64,000 bases of DNA from the human T2T-CHM13v2.0 reference genome, Homo sapiens: assembly GCF_009914755.1 (NCBI RefSeq), contig NC_060932.1. The stretch is one strand, 5' to 3'. Positions 54,962 through 64,000 of the stretch are shown piece after piece; positions within the stretch are counted from its first letter, which is position 1, and each line of letters opens with the position of its first letter. The translations under genes and the position numbers were made by a program. The notes below the pieces were generated by a model. It did not search any database. It worked only from the letters and a program-made list of their open reading frames with translations, and had not been told where the DNA came from.

Positions 54962-55519
54962 TGTAAGAGTTAAAGAAAGAGGAAAGAAACAAGAAAAGCA
55001 GCTCAACAGTCAAAGACAGGTTTAGTTTGGAGAATAAACGTGAGAGGGGCTTCAGGCCGAGTTAGGTCAGGAGCACTCTATCTTACAGACAAGAGTATTT
55101 AAGGGTTCAGGGCAGGAGAGCTTATCACAGGCTCAGAATGTTTCTGTGTCTTTTTGTCTTGCTTATCTGGGAGGGAGAGTTTGGGGTCTGTTCCCATACG
55201 TCTTCCTGCAGCTGTAGGTATTACCCCCAAGTCTGCTTTTAGCTTCCTTATCTTAGTGCACCTAAAGGGAAAGGAATGTGCTTATTAGGGCCCACCGTTT
55301 TACTGGGGCCCATTGTGTGTGTGAAGTTTGGTGGTTACCCAAGAGACTTTCCCCTCTCTCCCTGTGTCCAAGCTGTCTTATCTGTGTTTTACTGTCTGCT
55401 CTTTTTGGCTGCTTGTTGTTAGAAGAGAAGTGATTTCCTTGAAATGCATGAGGTTAGAAAGGGAGCTGGAACTTAAAGTGGCAGTGTTTGTCCAAGATGA
55501 CGGTGCTTCTGCTCTATCA
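54962..55519 (-). mobile_element. ERV1 solo LTR (LTR19-like), inserted in a MIR
   Basis: Minus strand starts TGATAGAGCAGAAGCACCGTCATCTTGGACAAACAC and ends TTAACTCTTACA; TSD CTATG/CTATA; MIR-like sequence resumes at 55525-55605. Confidence 0.85.
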
Positions 55520-57896
55520 CTATACAGATAAGCAAATGATAGCTTTGACATGTTTAAACTTGTCCAAAGTCACATGTATTGTTAAGTAACAGAGATTTGA
55601 GGTCACTAGTGTATCTTGAAAGGTCACCTATTTTGTCAAAATTTATGCTGCTTTTAGTCCAACTATATAAGCACCTCTGCAAGGCAGCAGACCTCAATTC
55701 CTATTTTGTGGCAAGAAGTCCTTTCTGACCACTGAAGAACACTCCTTTGTTTAGAGGCTTAGTTGTCTTGTTCAGGGTCTGCAGAATGCTAAAGAGTACT
55801 CATTGGAAAACAGGTTTGAAGTATCCTAAGTAAGAAAGTCTGTTTTTAGTGTTGTAAATCCATACTAAAGATCAAAATAACAACTTTACAATCATTATGA
55901 CAACAGAAATAATACATAAGATTAACTGTTCCACAGATAATTTTGCATTACACACCTTGCTCAAACCATGCAATTATTCCATGAAGTAAATGTTATTTTT
56001 CCTCTATTATACATAAAGATATTTTTATAAAGTTGCCATTATAATTATGGAAGTTTGATGGCTCAAAGACGTCATAGTACTTTTAGGCAAGGTAGAGAAA
56101 ACTTTCCTTTTCTACAAGTTACTGAGTTGAGATTTGCTTAAGATTCTTCATTTCATAATCTGAATATATTTAAATTGTCCGTTGAAATAATGCTAAAATT
56201 GCATAATCTCTGAAAAAACATCTTTTAATTTCTTTATTTAAAGAATAAATATCTTTATTCTTTATAAATTGGGTTTTTAAAATTTTGTTAACATTGTGTT
56301 ATATGAACCATTCATTATTTGGCCAGGAGACTTTTTTTTTTTTGTCTGCTCTGCTTAGTCAGGAGTTTGGGTACCTCTTTCTATTCAGTGAATCAGTGAC
56401 TTAAGTCATTTGGGCTTGTGCATATGTGTTTGCGTTTGTGCTTTATAATAAATATTAAGGGTTATAAGCACTGGTGCATAAAACAATATCATGCTTTATA
56501 TTTTAAATGATTTTTCTACCAAAAATAATCAATCATAATACATAAACCAAGGATAATACATAAAATTCAATTCTTGAAGCTGTATGAGAAACTTGAATTT
56601 GAATGAATTTATTAAAAAAGTCAATTTCTTCTCAATTCATTTTGAAGAATCTTGAAATACATCAGCTTTAGAGAGTTTTGTCATATAGAAAAAAATATTT
56701 GAATGAATATTCTCCTAATATTTGGAAAAATATATCTTTATTAAAAGCTGTGTTCCGTATCCCTGAAAAAAATCATGACAAAAATATTTCAAGTGAATGA
56801 GGATATTAATATGTGTGTTTCATAAAATCATGTCAACTCAATTTTATGGGCCCTTTATAAAAATATTTAAAAAGTTCAATAAAATCAATGGTTTTTCAAT
56901 TGTCTGTTTCAACTGTAATCAAATTTCTACCTATTATAAGGCAATTTGAAAATACTTATGCACAGATTATTATAACTTAATAATTAAAATATAATATAGC
57001 ACTTTATTGGTAATATGAAATCTAGAAAATAATTATTTTATTGTAAATTGGCTCTGTAAGGAATAAGAAAAGTGAAAATTCTCACATAATTTGATAATTA
57101 ATGACAGTATGGTGAATTGTCAAGGAAATCCAATTGAATATAATAGGATGTTAAGTGACAGGCTCACTATACCTAAAAATTTAGTTTTCATAAGGACATT
57201 TTCTAAGAAATAAAATTAAGTCATTGTTGATGACAAAATATCACTGATCTTTGTTGTTTGTCACTTAGGAAAGAGCTATTTAATTTGATAAATGAATTCT
57301 TAATACGAATGCTTATGCAGACTCTTGCAAAATTATGTCTTACTAGAAGTAACAGAATTCCATAAAAAGTAATAGTTCCTTCATTCAAGTATGAAAAAAA
57401 TTACAATTATCTAAATGAGTTTCATTTGTTGGAGAAAGAGGATAGTATTTCCCAATTACTTTTCTTTTACCACACAAAATATTTATATTACTCCTCAAAT
57501 ATTTTTTATTTTGTTTTCTAAATGATCTTGCAATTTAACTATATATAACTATATATAACAATTGAATTAGTAAAATTTTATTTTTATTTAAAAATATATA
57601 AATATGGATTTATATAAGATAGAATTATGTAGAAAGATAATACTATAATACAGTATAATTACATAGTATATCGTATATAAATATACTATAGCTTAATTAC
57701 TTGCCACTGAAGTTAAAAAGGGTTAGAGAAAAGTCTACCAGAAAAATTATCAACTTCTATTGTGCAGATGGTAGGAATGTGGACAGGTTTTGAGGCATAG
57801 TGGTTGGTGCCAAATTTATCAATTCCTGGCACAAATATTCTTTATTATCATTTAAGATCAATACACTGAATATCATCTATTTTATTAATGATATAG

Positions 57897-57992
57897 AGAA
57901 GTGCTGTCAAATTAACTTTTTGTGATAATAGATATTGTCTATATCTGTACAGCTCAATACAGTAATCACTTGAAACCTTGAAATGTGGCTAG
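57897..57992. mobile_element. MER3-like hAT fragment
   Basis: AGTGCTGTCAAAT..ACTTTTTGTGATAATAG..TCTATATCTG..CTTGAAATGTGGCTAG. Confidence 0.6.
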
Positions 57993-59410
57993 AGAGGTAA
58001 AGTGGTCTTTTGGCCATATGATACACCTTAACTTACGGGGTTTCTTTCTACATTCTTTTTAGTTCTATCCACTGAGGAATAAGTCTTGAAAATGAAGTCC
58101 ATTAGGAAATTCAGTCCTATGCCTCATATAATGCCTTGCTGGAAGCATATGTACAGATTTGGCTTGCAGAATTAGCCTTGATCTGTAACATTGATGATTT
58201 CTTTTTGATGCATTGTGTTTTTCACCTTTCAGACTGGGATTCTCTTTATTTTTGCCTAGGACTCTATTTTCTTTTAGAGCTGTAAGATAGCCTTAAACCC
58301 CATTTGACTATATGCTGACCTTCTGGTGGCAAGATTCTTCCTGTGTTATGCAGGAACTTACTGAAGCACTATATTGAATCAAAGCATTTCCAAACAACAC
58401 AATGTTACATGTAAGAAATGCCTCCAGGAATCCACTGCCTGGAAATTCTTCTTACTCTTCTTGCTAGATTATATTCTTCATTTCTATTGGAATTGCTACT
58501 ATGTTAGACAATTTACATCATAATCTTTAAACTCTCTCAGAAAAGCCCACTTTTAATATATTTTTCAATCAATCTTATGTCTTATGGCTTCTTTCTTTTC
58601 CCTGCTTCAGGAGCTGAAATTTTAATATGCTGAAAAGACAGCCGTTGCTTCACACCAATTTCTCTAGTTTTGAGTAGCATAAGGTTTAGATGGAATAAGG
58701 TGGATGTATTCATGTTTGCATAAGAAAAAGATCAAATGTATGGGTCATAGATAATTTAGTTCAATACATATATTTATTGTAATGGATATATAATCATTGT
58801 GACTATTCTACATGTACACTAAATGAGCCTTCTATCAAAATACTCTCAGGTGAAAGATGAAATAAAAATTCAAGTAAAAGTTACTTTAAAAGCAATGAAA
58901 ACAATATTACATACTGAAATTTGTGGGATACTTTTAAAGCAATGAACAGAAGAAAACAGATTAATTAAATCTCTAGATTCCAGCAAAGTAAACAAAAAAT
59001 GTATAGGAAGAAATAAAGATAAAAGCAGAAATTAATGAGGTAGAGATACAATAGAAGTAGTCATAATTAATGTGTCAAAGTTTTGTTTTTTAAGTAATTG
59101 ATTTAGAGAAATATAGATAAAGCACAGATTTACATAAATAAGCATTGTCTATTGGAAAACAACCAGTAAAGGAGCAATTAAGTAACTGAACAAATAAACA
59201 AATGATTCATTTACAAACCTCTGATATAAATAAACATGAAAACCTCAATGAAATAGATAATTCAGTATCAAACATACAAAAAAAAGACATCATTCACAAT
59301 AGATAGTATAGTGGCAAAAGAATAAAAAAGAGGAGACTTAAAATAGAAAGTTTAAATAGCCCAGTTTCCACAGATTAAATAATGAACTCACCCACAAAAA
59401 TCACCAGGCT

Positions 59411-59509
59411 CCCTGCACTTTGAGAGCCTCCAATGGGAGGATCGCTTGATCCCAGGAGTTCAAGACCAGCATTGGAAAAATCGTGAGACCTTGTCTCTAG
59501 AGAAAAAAG
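59411..59509 (+). mobile_element. FLAM / Alu left monomer
   Basis: GGGAGGATCGCTTGATCCCAGGAGTTCAAGACCAGC; TSD AAATCACCAGGCT/AAATCATCAGGCT. Confidence 0.88.
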
Positions 59510-59616
59510 AAATCATCAGGCTTAGATAATTCCCAGAAGAATTCTACCAATTCTTCAAACAGCAGATTTTTCCAATGCTCCACAAATGTTTTCAAAATTG
59601 AAAACGAAGGAAAAGG

Positions 59617-61235
<1,619 letters not shown>

Positions 61236-61249
61236 AGAAAACTAAATTC

Positions 61250-61543
61250 TTTTTTTTTTTTTTTAAGGCGGAGTTTTGCTTTTGCCTAGGCTAGAGTAAA
61301 GTGGCGTGATCTTGGCTCACTGCAACCTCTGCCTCCTGGGTTCAAGCGATTCTCCTGCCTCAGCCTCCTGAGTAGCTGGGATTACAGGTGCCCACCACCA
61401 TGGCTGGCTAATTTTTGTATTTTCAGTAGAGACAGGGTTTTGCCATGTTGGCCAGGATGGTCTTGAACTCTGACCTCAGGTGATCCACCTACCTCTGCCT
61501 CCCAAAGTGTTGGGATGACAGGCATGGGCCACTGCGCCTGGCC
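61250..61543 (-). mobile_element. AluSx-like
   Basis: Poly-T; TGACCTCAGGTGATCC; TSD-like ACTAAATTCTT/ACTAATTCTT. Confidence 0.96.
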
Positions 61544-62974
61544 TACTAATTCTTTTTATAAAGCCTGTATAACATTGATTTCTAAAAATGACAAAGATAG
61601 CACAAAAATGAAAATTGCTAGCCAGTATTTTGTATAAAGGTCAGTGCAAAACATTAAATAAAATGGTGATCAGAAGTCAATATCCCATTAAGACAATAAA
61701 ACTTTATGGTCAGCTTGAATTTATTTTAGAAACAAGGTTGCATCAACATTACAAAATCTCTTTATATCATATATCAAATATTAGATCTAAGAAATTTTAA
61801 ATATATAGAAATAAAGACTTTTAAAAGCATGAATAAATATACCTTAATTATAAGTCCAATCTTAAGTATTTCATTTATTTGTTGCTATCGTAAAGGGATT
61901 TTCTCCATCTTTTAACAGGTAATTGTTTCTTTGTGCAAAGGCCATTGATATATGTGGTAAATTTATTTCATAATACCTTAATGAAGACTTTTAGAATTCA
62001 AGTTAGCTTTATCAACAATTCTCTGTGTTTTACAGATATTCTATCATGGCATCTACAAATCAAGAAAGTACAAAGATGAGCCTGGAATATATCCGGGTTT
62101 ATAAGAAAGTGCTCAAAAATTGGCTTCACATAGAAATGACAAAGGAGTCAACTTTAATTCCTATTGACTAAAACTGTGACAAGTTTAGCAACAAAATAAA
62201 TACACGTTAACAGGTTATAACCTATAGAATATCATTTTATTTCTCAACTATTTTTGGTCAAAAATTATTCCAAAACTCAAAGTTAAAACAATCAAGAATA
62301 AATGTATTTAGGAGCCTTACAATTTTTTCTCCCCTTTTAGAACTCATCCCCCTTTTATAATTTAAACATATTTTTTATAAAAGTTAAATTAGGTACCCTA
62401 ACTCAGTTGAAGCAAAAATCTGTAAATTAGATTTGTTTTTGGTACATGAGAAAGTTGTTTGAATGTATGACTTTAAGTTTATTTTAAATGTCAGGTACTC
62501 TAAATGGGCACAGTCAAATAATCCATTAATAAAGAGCCAGTCTTCATGAAAATAACTCGTTCTAAACTGAGAGAATATCAAATGTATGATTTCCACTTTT
62601 ACATGCTCATTTTGTAATCAAATGCGTTGGAGTAAGAAAGCTGCCAGTTCACCATCCATTCTGTTCTCTGGCTCATTTTCTTTCTAGGTAAAAGCTCAGA
62701 AGTATTGATTTCTCATAATGCTCCTTAATTTTCACCTATAAATTTATATAATTTGGAAGAATAGACAAGTCTACAATTAGTTCAAAATCCCTGCAATATT
62801 GTTCTGTATCTTTAATTTAATGTGAGCTGTGTGTCCCAGTTCTATCATTTCTGTTAGAACTATTACCATTATTCTCATAACACAGCACAGAAAACTTGCA
62901 ATATTTGCTCACTTTTCCACAGTATGGTAGTGACATTCAGAGTCTGTGTTCACTTGCAATACTTGCAAATATAA

Positions 62975-63110
62975 CTAAAAAATAATTACTTACTGATGGA
63001 TTACACTTTGCCAAGCTGTGTGATGAGTGCATTACATATAGTATCTCCCTAGTCCTTAATGTAGCCCTATAAATAATTATTGCATAATTTATTTTCCAAA
63101 TTAGGCTTAT
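62975..63110 (-). mobile_element. MIR remnant
   Basis: TACTTACTGA..CTTTGCCAAGCTGTG..AGTGCATTACATA..TCCTTAA..CCCTAT. Confidence 0.5.
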
Positions 63111-63114
63111 AAAA

Positions 63115-63970
63115 CATAGATAGAATACACTTTTTTAAAAAAACTTCAAAAATTGGATAGCAGGAAAACAAATAACCCAATAAAAATAGACAAGGTATTT
63201 TAACAGATGCTTAACTCTGGAAATATTTGGGTGACAAATAAGCAAGTGAAAGCAGTTCAGCATCATTAGTTATGAAGAAAATGCAAATTAAAATCCCAAG
63301 AAAATACCACTACACATCTATTACAATGACTAAAATTAAAAAAAAATAACCTCTAATGAGGATGTAGAAAAATCAGAACTCTCATACATTGTTGGTGGGA
63401 ATTTAAAATGATACAACTACCTTGGAAAACTATATGTCAGTTTCTTAGAAATTCACGATACACCTACTGTACGATCAAGCCATTCCTCTCCTAAGTATCC
63501 AACACATGCTTTCCCCAAGACTTGATTATGAGTGTGTGTAGCAGCTTTGTTTATAATAGCCCCAAACTGGAAGCAGCCAAAAAGATCTAAAAACAGATGA
63601 GTAGACAAACTATGACCTAAACATATAATGGAATACTATTCATCAGTAAAAATGAATAAATATGGATACAAGCAGTGACAGAGATGAATCACAAGATAAC
63701 TATGCTGAGTTTTAGAAGTCAGAATATATGTTCCATACTGTATGATTCCACTTGTACAAAATACAAACTTACCTATGGTAGTTGTTAGTAAAGTAGACCA
63801 TGGTGAGAGAAGGACTCCAAGAAGCACAAGGAAAATTTTGGGAGAGATGTATCTGTTGGTGATCTTAATTGGGTGATAATTTCACAGTGTGATATGTTAA
63901 AAATCTATCAAATTATGCACTTCAAAATTTCAGTTTACTGTATGACATTTGTACCTTAACACAACTCTTT
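63115..63970 (+). mobile_element. L1MC/L1ME ORF2 end and 3'UTR
   Basis: AATGCAAATTAAAA..GAACTCTCATACATTGTTGGTGGGAA..GCAGCTTTGTTTATAATAGCCCCAAACTGGAA..ATACTGTATGATTCCA. Confidence 0.85.
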
Positions 63971-63973
63971 TTA

Positions 63974-64000
63974 GGCCAGGAGTGGTGGCTCATGCCTGTA
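63974..64000 (+). mobile_element. Alu 5' end (runs off the window)
   Basis: GGCCAGGAGTGGTGGCTCATGCCTGTA. Confidence 0.9.

Overview
AT-rich, gene-poor primate DNA made mostly of interspersed repeats: about 16 Alu/FLAM copies, L1 of several ages (including a near full-length L1PB), two near-complete THE1 MaLR elements, solo LTRs, an old ERVL pol remnant, Tigger3, MIR/L2 and microsatellites. I see no intact protein-coding gene; the longer ORFs in the track are repeat-derived. The main non-repeat feature is a 5'-truncated processed pseudogene of SERPINA6 (corticosteroid-binding globulin) at about 37732-38190. A second 62-bp SERPINA6 fragment sits 1.1 kb downstream inside a (TA)n tract of the L1PB and reaches further 5' than the main copy. 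Other points: an MLT1D LTR split by a 1.5-kb non-TE-like insert, an Alu tail replaced by an inverted copy of nearby DNA, several fold-back palindromes, an old 230-bp tandem duplication, and an AluYd3a1-type element suggesting (not proving) a gibbon genome. Repeat subfamily names come from recalled consensus sequences and need RepeatMasker confirmation. I found no support for a new multi-gene system.
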